A stretch of 64,000 nt of DNA, from positions 12,142 through 76,141 of the IMG/VR virus record IMGVR_UViG_3300010998_000026; one strand, given 5' to 3'. The notes under the pieces are model-generated. The model was not told the DNA's origin and did no database searches. It worked only from the letters and a program-made list of their open reading frames with translations. The position numbers and the translations under genes are program-made. Below, piece after piece: positions 39,818-48,474 of this stretch. How positions within the stretch are numbered: position 1 is the first letter of the stretch; the number at the start of each line of letters is the position of its first letter. Source of the stretch: a virus (taxonomy: Duplodnaviria; Caudoviricetes).

Positions 39818-39934
39818 ATGTATGAACTTGATGATTTTCTCTGTGAACCGAATTGTGAGGAACTTGAAGAAGAATTTGAAGCTTGGCTTGAGCTTCAAAA
39901 TCAAGTAGAAGTTAAATATTTGACTTCTTTCTAA
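39818..39934 (+). CDS. 38-aa highly acidic peptide
   Basis: Own promoter and purine-rich RBS; MYELDDFLCEPNCEELEEEFEAWLELQ. Confidence 0.55.
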   Translation: MYELDDFLCEPNCEELEEEFEAWLELQNQVEVKYLTSF

Positions 39935-39948
39935 AATTATGATATAAT
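39920..39948 (+). promoter_or_regulatory. sigma70-type promoter driving tRNA array
   Basis: TTGACT-17-TATAAT. Confidence 0.8.
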
Positions 39949-39961
39949 AGATATATGAGAT

Positions 39962-40033
39962 GGGGAGTTAGTTTAGGGGCTAGAATTGCTGCTTTGCACG
40001 CAGCGGACACGAGTTCGATTCTCGTACTTTCCA
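39962..40033 (+). tRNA. tRNA-Ala(TGC)
   Basis: gctgc-TTTGCAC-gcagc; G3:U70. Confidence 0.85.
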
Positions 40034-40037
40034 TTTA

Positions 40038-40149
40038 AAGGCACATACAGCAAAATCAAAGATAATCTTTGAATCGCGAGTTCAAATCTCGTCTCGCCCC
40101 ATTGGGCAAGTAGCATAGTATGGTAATGCAAAAGAATTTTATGTGCCTT
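40038..40149 (+). ncRNA. CAGCAA-family RNA 1 with permuted T-acceptor-D tRNA-like domain (YrlA-like topology)
   Basis: aaggcacat/atgtgcctt closing stem; T arm gcgag-TTCAAAT-ctcgt precedes looped acceptor ctcgccc-catt-gggcaag and D arm. Confidence 0.7.
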
Positions 40150-40205
40150 GACTTTTTTTAAAATTATGCTGTAAGTATCGTAAAGAGAAAATATTTTCTC
40201 TTTAT

Positions 40206-40281
40206 CGCAGATAGGGCAAACGGTTAAGCCGCGGCGCTCATAACGCTTGAGGAAATGGTCCAACTCCATTATCTGCGACCA
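40206..40281 (+). tRNA. tRNA-Met(CAT), atypical
   Basis: CTCATAA loop; cgcagat/atctgcg acceptor; CCA. Confidence 0.7.
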
Positions 40282-40311
40282 ACGGTTGATACCAGACCGT
40301 TAGAAGGTATC

Positions 40312-41125
40312 CGTTCAAGATGAGAAACATCGACGTAGTGATGTTAGGGCGAAAAGGTAGAGGCACAATGATGTCAGAAAACCCTGATGCACTTAGAGTC
40401 TAGCCCCGCTCAAAGGTGGCAACTGGAGAGCGTATGGTTCCAAAACACCAATAAGTGCGGCGTAAGCTACCGATGGTACAGGTGCGGTAAGTAAAACCTG
40501 TTAAAACCTTATTCACAGGTCGTCAATCATCGTTAGATTGGGATGGCAACCTGATAGCCAAAGTAATTACTAGTTATCGAAAAAGTGGAAATGAATCGTT
40601 TTCACAACTAGTTGTATGGATGTAATGCGAGATTCTCATTACATAACGCTATGGACATGGCTCCGCCAGGGATGACGGGAAGCGCATAGTATGGTGCCCA
40701 AATGCTCAATGTATTAGCTTTTGAAAAGCAAAGCTGGCTTGCAAGCAGCTATACAAGCAAAGTGAAGAATGGGCTAAATGGAGTTTGAAGAACAGCCAAT
40801 TAAATCTAGGAGAGACCTAGTATAAATAAGTGAGTCCATTCTGTGAAATGGTTATAAAAGGCAACGACAGGACGTTAGATTTTCCAAACTAAGCCTTTCA
40901 AAAAATGGGATGGGAAAATTAGTGACCTTACACTTAAAAAGGATGCCGAAAAACGGGATGGAAGGAAAGTAATGGGTGAAGTCCTTACTGATTGTCGATA
41001 AATCAGAAAAGCGGTGGAAGGGCCCTCCGCACCCGTCACAATGTGTAGGTAAATGCGACCCGACGGATATGGGGTATGGGTGAAAGCTAACCCATAATTA
41101 CGATTGCTTGATCAACAGTTGAACG
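40312..41125 (+). ncRNA. Large (~810 nt) candidate structured ncRNA, family not identified
   Basis: No long ORF; GC-elevated; many hairpins; ends pair cgttcaa/ttgaacg. Confidence 0.55.
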
Positions 41126-41196
41126 CAGTATGAGTGGATGAATTTCCCTCCCCAGTAGAGTGACTTCGCGTCTGGGTTATCAAAACGCGCAGTTAT

Positions 41197-41256
41197 GCTC
41201 TGATAGTGTAATGGAAAGCACGCCCGGAAGGATTGGTTCGATTCCAATGAAGAGCA
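41197..41256 (+). pseudogene. tRNA-like RNA lacking anticodon arm
   Basis: D arm and attgg-TTCGATT-ccaat T arm, only about 10 nt between them. Confidence 0.55.
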
Positions 41257-41407
41257 AACAGTTGACACGTATCTGTGTAAAAATGTGAGAAGCAAAGTCG
41301 ATGAAAAACAAAGATTAAAAGTTTAAAAAAAGTTTGTTATTATTATTGGCGTAATAATAACTAGTCGGCGGCGTTTCGCTATTCCGGTGCGCCAACACTG
41401 GAATTAT

Positions 41408-41480
41408 GCCCGCATCGAATAATTGGTTAGTTCGTCACCCTTTCAAGGTGAAAATTCCGGATCGTTCCCGGATGTGGGTA
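41408..41480 (+). tRNA. tRNA-Glu(TTC)
   Basis: tcacc-CTTTCAA-ggtga. Confidence 0.8.
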
Positions 41481-41486
41481 TTATAG

Positions 41487-41562
41487 GGTGCATTAGTTTA
41501 ATTGGTTAAATCCCCAGTCTGTCACACTGGAAACACGAGTTCAAATCTCGTATGCACCGCCA
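41487..41562 (+). tRNA. tRNA-Asp(GTC)
   Basis: ccagt-CTGTCAC-actgg; CCA. Confidence 0.9.
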
Positions 41563-41832
41563 TTTGCATCACCTCCTTAATGATGCAACTCTTAACACGA
41601 ATTTAGCACTTAAACTACCATCGGCACGTCCAAATATCGAAGCAAGTTTCTGAGCAGCCCTCTTCGAGGCACGTGATATGTGGCTTAGCGGAAAAGAGTA
41701 TAAATGAAGCGAAGTAAAGTGCAGTGCGCGGCTACACACTATAACAATATGGTGCCTGTAATGGAGTCAAATGCACCCCTTATAAGGGAGACAACCATAA
41801 TAGCCCATGCCGAGGGTGTGCTCGGCTTTTAT

Positions 41833-41939
41833 GTGGCAACCAGTAAGCGACCAAAGTAATGCTTACGCGGGAGAGTTGTTAGATGTTTTTGCCGACGGGC
41901 CGTCTAACACTGTAAGTTCAAATCTTACTTGCTACACCA
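41833..41939 (+). ncRNA. tRNA-like RNA with G3:U70 acceptor, T arm and CCA but no canonical anticodon arm
   Basis: gtggcaa/ttgctac-A-CCA; gtaag-TTCAAAT-cttac; long internal helix. Confidence 0.65.
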
Positions 41940-41948
41940 TAGCCCATA

Positions 41949-42073
41949 AGACGGGTCAGCAATTTTTTTCTTTGAAAATAATTCTGTAAAATTAAGGCGA
42001 GGGTTCGATTCCCTCCGTGGTCGGGTGGGCTCCGGCCGCGTGGTGTAGTTGGTCGCATTAAAAAAGACCGTCT
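41949..42073 (+). ncRNA. CAGCAA-family RNA 2 containing circularly permuted tRNA with GTA anticodon
   Basis: agacgg/ccgtct stem; order anticodon arm (CTGTAAA), T arm, looped acceptor, D arm. Confidence 0.7.
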
Positions 42074-42100
42074 AGTTTATTTTTTTTATATGGTGATAAT

Positions 42101-43045
42101 ATGGCAGAAAACAAATATACCGCAACTGATTTAAAAGAAATGTAGGCATGGCCGCTAGAAAGAAAAATTCAAGTTTCTTAGACAAGGATTCTTGAATTTG
42201 GTGACCATTTTAATGGAAAGATTTTTGTTGCTTTTAGCGGTGGAAAAGATAGTACAGTTTTACTTGATTTAGTAAGACGTGTATTTCCCGATACTCCTGC
42301 TGTTTTTATTGACACAGGCTTAGAATATCCAGAACTAAAAGAATTTGTAAAATCACACGAAAATACAGAAGTTATTAGACCTAAGAAAACGTTTAGACAA
42401 GTAATTGAAGAATTTGGCTATCCAATTGTAAGTAAAAAAATTGCTGGCTATGTTGCTACTGCAAAACGAAATCCTAATTCCGCACGCGCAAAATTTTTGA
42501 GCGGTGAATATGATAGTAAAATATTTGGTTTTGGTGATGGTAAATGGAATTTCTTAGTTCAAGCACCATTTAAAATTAGTGATTATTGTTGTGATGTAAT
42601 GAAAAAACAACCAAATCATCACTATTCAAAAGAAACTGGTCGTTTTCCAATTCTTGGAACATTAGCATCTGAATCTATTGCTCGTCGTAATGAATGGATG
42701 CGTAGCGGTTGTAATTTATTTGATAGCGATAAACCTACATGTAAGCCATTATCTTTCTGGACTGATAATGATATTTTAGAATATTTAGTAAAATATAATA
42801 TTCCATATTGTCCTTTATATGGTGATATTATAAAAGATAAAAAAGGTAATTGGACTACAACAGGTATTAAAAGAACTGGTTGTATTTTTTGTGGTTTTGG
42901 TGCACATTGTGAAAAATGTCCAAATCGTTTTCAACAATTAAAGGTATCACATCCAAAAATTTGGGAATATTGTATGCGTCCTTGGGAAGAAGGCGGCCTA
43001 GGATTAAAAGAAGTATTAGATTATATTAATGTCCCTTATGAATAA
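42101..43045 (+). CDS. Phosphoadenosine phosphosulfate reductase (PAPS reductase)-family PP-loop protein (TAG=Gln)
   Basis: VAFSGGKDSTVL, CCDVMKK, RTGCIFCGFG; N-terminus LKEMQAWPLERKIQVSQTRI joins through TAG. Confidence 0.85.
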
Positions 43046-43056
43046 GTGGTGATATA

Positions 43057-44739
43057 ATGAGAGCAGCAGTTTATTGTGGTACGAGAAATTTATATAAAAA
43101 TATGGTAATTGCGGCGAAATCATTACTTATTCATTCTAATGTAGAAAAAATTTATTTTCTTATTGAAGATGATATTTTTCCTTATGAAGTACCATAGGGA
43201 ATAGAATGTATAAATATAAGTAATTAGAATTATTTTAGAAAGAATGGCCCAAATTATAAAAGTTCTTGGACTTATATGGCACTAATAAAAGCAGCCTTTA
43301 CTAAAATTTTTCCATAGTTAGATACAATTTTATCATTAGATGTTGATACAATTATAAATGAGAATATATCTAATTTATGGGATATAGATATATCTAATTA
43401 TTATGTCGCGGCAGTTCCTGAACCAGATAAAACATATGATGACTTTACTTATATTAATGTTGGCGTTGCTTTATTTAATTTAAAAAAAATGAGAGAAGAT
43501 AAAAAAGATGATGAAATTATTTATCTTCTTAATTCAATAAAATTAGGTTATCCAGAGCAAGATGCAATTAATATTTTATGTCAAAATTATATTTATAATT
43601 TGCCAGCAGATTATAATATAAATAATTATACATAGAAAGCCTCACATAGAAAAATTATTCATTATGCTGCAATAAAAAAATGGCAAGACTTGCCGCTTAT
43701 TTCTTATTATGAAAAAATGGAATTAGTAAGAAATAAAGAAGATAATTTTAATTTAGATATTATAATTCCGACTTATAATAATGAATAGGGATTAATTACT
43801 ACTTTAAAGAGTATTCCAAATCGAGAAGAAATTACAATTAATATTATTGATGATGCTTCTCCAATTTCTTATAAGAAGAAAATATTTTCATTATTTCCAT
43901 ATGTAAATTGGATAACATTAAAGAAAAATTCTGGCCCTGGTGTTGCTCGTGAAATAGGTATAAAAAATACTAGTAATCCATATCTTATGTTTATTGATAC
44001 TGGTGATTATTTATATTCAAATGAAGTTCTTGATAGAATATTAAATGATATAAAAAATAATACAATGCCAGATATATATTTATATCAATGGTATAATGAA
44101 GAAAATAAACAATTTAGTACAGATTGGAATCCATTAATGCACGGGCATATTTATAAGCGAGAATTTTTAGAATTATATGATATTGATTTTTGTAAAGAAT
44201 CTTCTTACTCTAATGAAGATATAGGTTTTAATCATACTTGTGATATGATTTTAAATCATATTGAGATGTATGATACTACAGAACATAAAGTATTTTATGA
44301 ATATCCAATTTATTTCTATACTTATGATGCTAATTCTATTACTCATGCAGGTGGAAAAGAATATTATTATACAAAACAAATTGCTGGATTAGCGGCTAAT
44401 GCTAAACATGTAATAGATAATGCAGAAAAAAATAATATAAATATATATGTATTATTAAATGAATTAAATGTATTATTTGTTGGATTATATGAAAGTTTTC
44501 TATTATGCGCGAAAAAACGGCCTGATTTATTATATGATAATTGGTATTATATTAGGCAATTTTATTTTGAAGTATATTAGAAATATGAAAGTAAAAGTGA
44601 AGATGCGTTAGGTATTGCTATTAGTTAGAAAATGAAGCATCTATTACGAGCAGGGATAAGAAATATAAATGTAAAACGCTTTATTTCTAATTTAAAACAA
44701 TTTGAAAATTTACCAGATTATTATTTGACATAGATATAA
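43057..44739 (+). CDS. Fused glycosyltransferase (GT8-like plus GT2-like) (TAG=Gln)
   Basis: ILSLDVDTI, YINVGV, YPEQDAIN, IIHYA then DIIIPTYN, IIDDAS, NSGPGVAREIG, FIDTGD. Confidence 0.85.
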
Positions 44740-44753
44740 ATTTATGTTATAAT
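44725..44753 (+). promoter_or_regulatory. sigma70-type promoter
   Basis: TTGACA-17-TATAAT perfect consensus. Confidence 0.85.
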
Positions 44754-44835
44754 AAATATGTAAGAAAGAGAAAAGGTCGCTCTTCTTACTACCAATCATA
44801 AATTAACTCCGTCATCATACCTTCGGGTATGATAT

Positions 44836-44906
44836 GGCCGATTCGCCAAGTGGTATGGCAGGTGGCTGTTAACCACCCCAGGGGAGTTCAATTCTCTCAT
44901 CGGCCG
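44836..44906 (+). tRNA. tRNA-Asn(GTT)
   Basis: ggtgg-CTGTTAA-ccacc. Confidence 0.85.
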
Positions 44907-44986
44907 CTCTCACCTGAGCAAAAGTGGTGACTAAACCGATGTGCGGCTAGCAACCTACTGCTATTTTATTATGTGAGGTATATAAT

Positions 44987-45526
44987 ATGAGTGATGTACG
45001 TTTAAAGATTTTACCCCCTTGGACTATTGTAATTCGTAAACTTGAAGCTCTATTTGATGGTGACCCTCAGATTGCTTTCAATTGTGATTTTTCTGGTAGT
45101 CATCCTACTGTAATACTTGCTTGCAATAATGGCGATAAGGTTGCGGCTTTACTACAGATTCTTCCAGAAGAAGTTAATTTTGGTAATATTTCTCTAAAGG
45201 TTATTATTGATGGCACACCTAGTAATCGCGCTTTTACAAGTAAGGTTGAACTATTTGATACAGCTTTTAGCGGCAATCCTGCTTATGCTTATTCTGTATG
45301 TCCTGCAGAAGAAGGTTATATGTGGATTGGTACAACTTATGTAGTATTTAATAATTGCGTGGTACAATTTGCCGCAGATAATCTGAATGATTGCCACGGT
45401 ATTATTAGTACCCTATACGAAACTATTGCTAATGAACTTCTTACTGGCCCAGCAACAGCAGGTGTATTTTATAATACTAATGTTGAACGTGCTGGTCTTG
45501 GTATGCCATTAGGAGAGTGGCCCTAA
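44987..45526 (+). CDS. Conserved hypothetical phage protein
   Basis: Intact 179-aa ORF, RBS GAGGT, no TAG. Confidence 0.8.
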   Translation: MSDVRLKILPPWTIVIRKLEALFDGDPQIAFNCDFSGSHPTVILACNNGDKVAALLQILPEEVNFGNISLKVIIDGTPSNRAFTSKVELFDTAFSGNPAYAYSVCPAEEGYMWIGTTYVVFNNCVVQFAADNLNDCHGIISTLYETIANELLTGPATAGVFYNTNVERAGLGMPLGEWP

Positions 45527-45548
45527 TTAACGCGGCGAAAGCCGCTAT

Positions 45549-45623
45549 CGAGCATTAGCACAGTTGGTTTAGTGCGCGCGCCTGATAAGCGCGAGATGCT
45601 TCGTTCGAATCGAAGATGCTCGA
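45549..45623 (+). tRNA. tRNA-Ile(GAT)
   Basis: cgcgc-CTGATAA-gcgcg. Confidence 0.9.
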
Positions 45624-45718
45624 CTACCTTTATTAAAGATACTCTAGCTTATTGAGTTAAGTAGGTAAACTACTTTCTCGTTATAACGGAAACTAAAATA
45701 AAAAAAGGAAGAATAACT

Positions 45719-45955
45719 ATGACTGAGACTCAAATAAAAGAAAAAAGGAAGAATGGAAGAGATGCGCCACAAGACAGAGTCCCACGTGACGAATTACTAT
45801 ATCCCACGAAGGAGACATCATTCGATCCTCCTGTTCGCTCTATACTTGATCGTGTGCCTAATTCGAGTAAGCCAGTAAAGTATAAGTGCCTAGACCCTGA
45901 TTATGTTAAATACAAGCGTAGTATTATAACTGGAACTCAAATAAAAGAAGAATAA
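45719..45955 (+). CDS. Possible small hypothetical protein flanked by imperfect direct repeats
   Basis: 78-aa ORF; weak RBS. Confidence 0.35.
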   Translation: MTETQIKEKRKNGRDAPQDRVPRDELLYPTKETSFDPPVRSILDRVPNSSKPVKYKCLDPDYVKYKRSIITGTQIKEE

Positions 45956-46025
45956 TGCTCTCTTCTCTTTCTACCCTCGTAAGAGATCACTTTTATATCT
46001 AAACCTATTGGGTTAAGTAGGCAAT

Positions 46026-46099
46026 GCGGCATTAGTGTAGTGGTAACACCTTTGCCCTCCAAGCAAATTTCGCCCGTTCAAATCGGGTATGCCGCTCCA
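46026..46099 (+). tRNA. tRNA-Gly(TCC)
   Basis: tttgc-CCTCCAA-gcaaa (C33); TCCA end. Confidence 0.8.
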
Positions 46100-46104
46100 A
46101 GCCG

Positions 46105-46178
46105 AGATACGTCAGCAATTTTTCTTCTCAAGCGGTATTTTGAAGCACCGGGTCGGCTCCGGGAAGATAAGCGTATCT
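46105..46178 (+). ncRNA. CAGCAA-family RNA 3
   Basis: agatacgt/gcgtatct stem, TCAGCAA, internal hairpins. Confidence 0.6.
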
Positions 46179-46259
46179 AGTTTTAATAGACTTGCCCACG
46201 CCTCTTAACAATGCGTACCAGGGGAGCACGTGGCTACGACGGTTAATAGTAGCATTCAT

Positions 46260-46393
46260 GCTGGTGTGGTGGAATGGCAGACACCTCAGACACTCGGTGT
46301 CCAGTGACTTTCGCTGGGGCAGCACCAGTGCCGAGTACCATTAAAATCTGATGCTCTTTGAGCGTGCCGGTTCGAGTCCGGCCACCAGCACCA
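46260..46393 (+). tRNA. tRNA-Leu(TAA) with 49-nt insertion (46292-46340) in anticodon loop
   Basis: Removing the insert restores tcaga-CTTAAAA-tctga; long variable arm; ACCA end. Confidence 0.8.
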
Positions 46394-46400
46394 TTTTTGA

Positions 46401-46823
46401 AAATAGGTACTTTCGTAACGAATCAAGGATATGGTAAGAGTGCTGTTTGATGAGCTGTACCAAAAGACTTGGGCGTCAAAAGGCAGAAGTTAAATGGTAT
46501 TGAAAACCAGCCTATTGTTGGCTTGGGTAAGAGGACCCTGTAAGTAGTTGATAGTGGAACAATAACCTATGTAAAATAATTAGTGCTACGAAGCCAATCA
46601 GCTAAGTCCTTGTGGAGATGTACGCTGAAACAAGAGCAATCAAAAATTCCGAGGAAAAATCCTAAGACAGTGTTGAGATTGCTCACGCGGGAAAAGCAGC
46701 AGTAGTAAATGGAGTTAGATGAACAGCTAATTATTGTGTAAATAGGTGCAGAATGATGAATCTGAGGTAAGGTGAAATCCCTATGCCCGCAATGTTAAAT
46801 GGAATTTGACGAACAGCCTATTT
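46401..46823 (+). ncRNA. Candidate ~420-nt structured ncRNA between two tRNA-Leu genes
   Basis: Terminal pairing aaatagg/cctattt; no long ORF. Confidence 0.5.
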
Positions 46824-46829
46824 ACGTAT

Positions 46830-46909
46830 GGCCCGCTGGCGAAATTGGTTTACGCAGCGCACTCAAAATGCGTGCCTTCGGGTTCTCAGTTCAAATCTGA
46901 GGCGGGCTA
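46830..46909 (+). tRNA. tRNA-Leu(CAA)
   Basis: gcgca-CTCAAAA-tgcgt; variable arm. Confidence 0.85.
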
Positions 46910-46913
46910 CTAT

Positions 46914-46986
46914 GTCCAATTGGCGCAACGGCAGACGCGCATGGCTAAGGACCATGTTTTTGAAGGTTCAAATCCTTTATTGGACA
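46914..46986 (+). tRNA. tRNA-Leu(AAG), short variable loop
   Basis: catgg-CTAAGGA-ccatg. Confidence 0.75.
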
Positions 46987-46990
46987 TTAT

Positions 46991-47019
46991 TTGACTTTTC
47001 TCAAAATCTATGATATAAT
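46991..47019 (+). promoter_or_regulatory. sigma70-type promoter
   Basis: TTGACT-17-TATAAT. Confidence 0.8.
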
Positions 47020-47050
47020 AAATATATAAAAGGAAGAAAGAGGTAAAAGT

Positions 47051-47365
47051 ATGTCCTGCGTCTGTGAAAAAAATACTCCTCGTAATGGCCCATATTATCC
47101 ATTAGGTATTAAAAAACGTATTAAATATGATAAAATTGTAAATTATCATTATGAAGGTCATGATGGGCATGGTGGCTATACTTGTGATTATATTCCAGTT
47201 GAAACAGAAGCAGAAGTTTATCTAAGAGTAGATTATCCAATACTATATGAAACAAATGGTGGCGGATATAATAAAAGATTATTTCATTGTCCACTATGTG
47301 GACGTTATTTTCCGCCAGTAAGTCAATGGGAAAAAGAACAGGAAAAATATGAATTAAATACTTGA
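47051..47365 (+). CDS. Hypothetical Zn-ribbon protein
   Basis: CVC..HCPLCGR. Confidence 0.75.
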   Translation: MSCVCEKNTPRNGPYYPLGIKKRIKYDKIVNYHYEGHDGHGGYTCDYIPVETEAEVYLRVDYPILYETNGGGYNKRLFHCPLCGRYFPPVSQWEKEQEKYELNT

Positions 47366-47390
47366 CTTTCTTCCAAATTTATGTTATAAT
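47362..47390 (+). promoter_or_regulatory. Promoter of the large ncRNA
   Basis: TTGACT-17-TATAAT. Confidence 0.8.
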
Positions 47391-47415
47391 AAATATGTAA
47401 GAAAGGGAAACAAAG

Positions 47416-48003
47416 AACTCTCTGTTTAGCAATTACGAACCAAGTGAAGATGTGTTAGCCACACAGCTTGGGCTACCTGGATAACATCGCAGACCTTGAT
47501 GGGATACTTTCAAGTATGCGACGCGAAACTAGTAATAGTTAGCGATAAGGGAGAAACTCCAAATGTTAAGGGTAGGCGCCGATTACTTCGCTTGTAAATG
47601 CACGATTCCTCACGGCGGCACAATAGAAAGCTAGGTTAAGAGCCAGGCCGAATCCAGATAAGGTGTTGGGGTGGTAGCCAATACAACCTCTGGAAATAAC
47701 CACAAGTCGCTACTGTCGGTGAAAGTCAGAAATGGCATATAAGTGAGGTTTACGGTTGGAGTAGCTCAAGACAGCAAATGAATATGTTATTAAAAAGAAG
47801 CGTTTTAATTCTTTTCATATTGCTGAATGGCTTGGGTGAAACTTGAAGGTAGACAATCCTTCCTATTCTCGGCGCGAAAGCGCGGCTATTAGATGGTATG
47901 AGGTCGCTACTCATGCTACAGCCTAATGGTCAATAGTAGCATAATATACAAGAAGAAGATAATTGGTATGGCGAAGGTCACGCTAATTGTTAAACAGAGA
48001 GTT
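47416..48003 (+). ncRNA. Probable ROOL large ornate RNA (~590 nt)
   Basis: 20-bp terminal helix aactctctgtttagcaatta/taattgttaaacagagagtt; size; GAAGGTAGACAATCCTTC, GGTCGCTAC and GGCGAAGGTC segments recalled as ROOL-like; tRNA-array context. Confidence 0.7.
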
Positions 48004-48026
48004 TTCTATACAGAAAGGAGTATTAA

Positions 48027-48365
48027 ATGAATTATATTATTAATCCAATGTGGTTCTACTGGCTAAATGTTTGTGATGGTTTTAAAATATTTTTAATTGT
48101 ATTTTCAGTGCTATATGGTATTAGTATTATAGTTACATTAATTGAATTCGTAGTAGAAAATAATAAATTCCCAAAATGGAAAATTATTTTTTACATAATT
48201 CCTATAATTTTAATTTTATTAGCAATTTTTATTCCTAATAAAACTACGTTAATTGAGATGCAGGTTGCAGAATTAGCTACTAAATCTAATATTGATTATA
48301 CTATTGAATCAATTAGAGAAATTATTAATTATTTGTTAGAAACAATTAATAATTTTAATAGTTGA
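48027..48365 (+). CDS. Membrane protein (2 TM)
   Basis: MNYIINPMWFYWL, hydrophobic segments, IFIPNKTTL. Confidence 0.8.
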   Translation: MNYIINPMWFYWLNVCDGFKIFLIVFSVLYGISIIVTLIEFVVENNKFPKWKIIFYIIPIILILLAIFIPNKTTLIEMQVAELATKSNIDYTIESIREIINYLLETINNFNS

Positions 48366-48390
48366 CATTGTATAAAATTTATAGTATAAT
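48362..48390 (+). promoter_or_regulatory. sigma70-type promoter
   Basis: TTGACA-17-TATAAT. Confidence 0.75.
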
Positions 48391-48474
48391 AATATTGCGA
48401 GGAGCAGGCGGAAGTACGAAAAGAAGGCCGCAATAATTGTTAAACAAAGTGTCTTTTATATTGAAAGGAGCAAT

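Noticed and set aside
44907-44965. Fluoride-riboswitch-like TAAACCG segment upstream of ORF 44987
   Set aside because: Lacks the conserved GGYGATG 5' element
46292-46340. Group I intron as in cyanobacterial tRNA-Leu(UAA)
   Set aside because: Only 49 nt, different position, no catalytic core
47770-47780. ACAGCAA inside the ROOL-like RNA as an eighth family member
   Set aside because: Here CAGCAA is itself paired with ttgctg and lacks the preceding terminal stem
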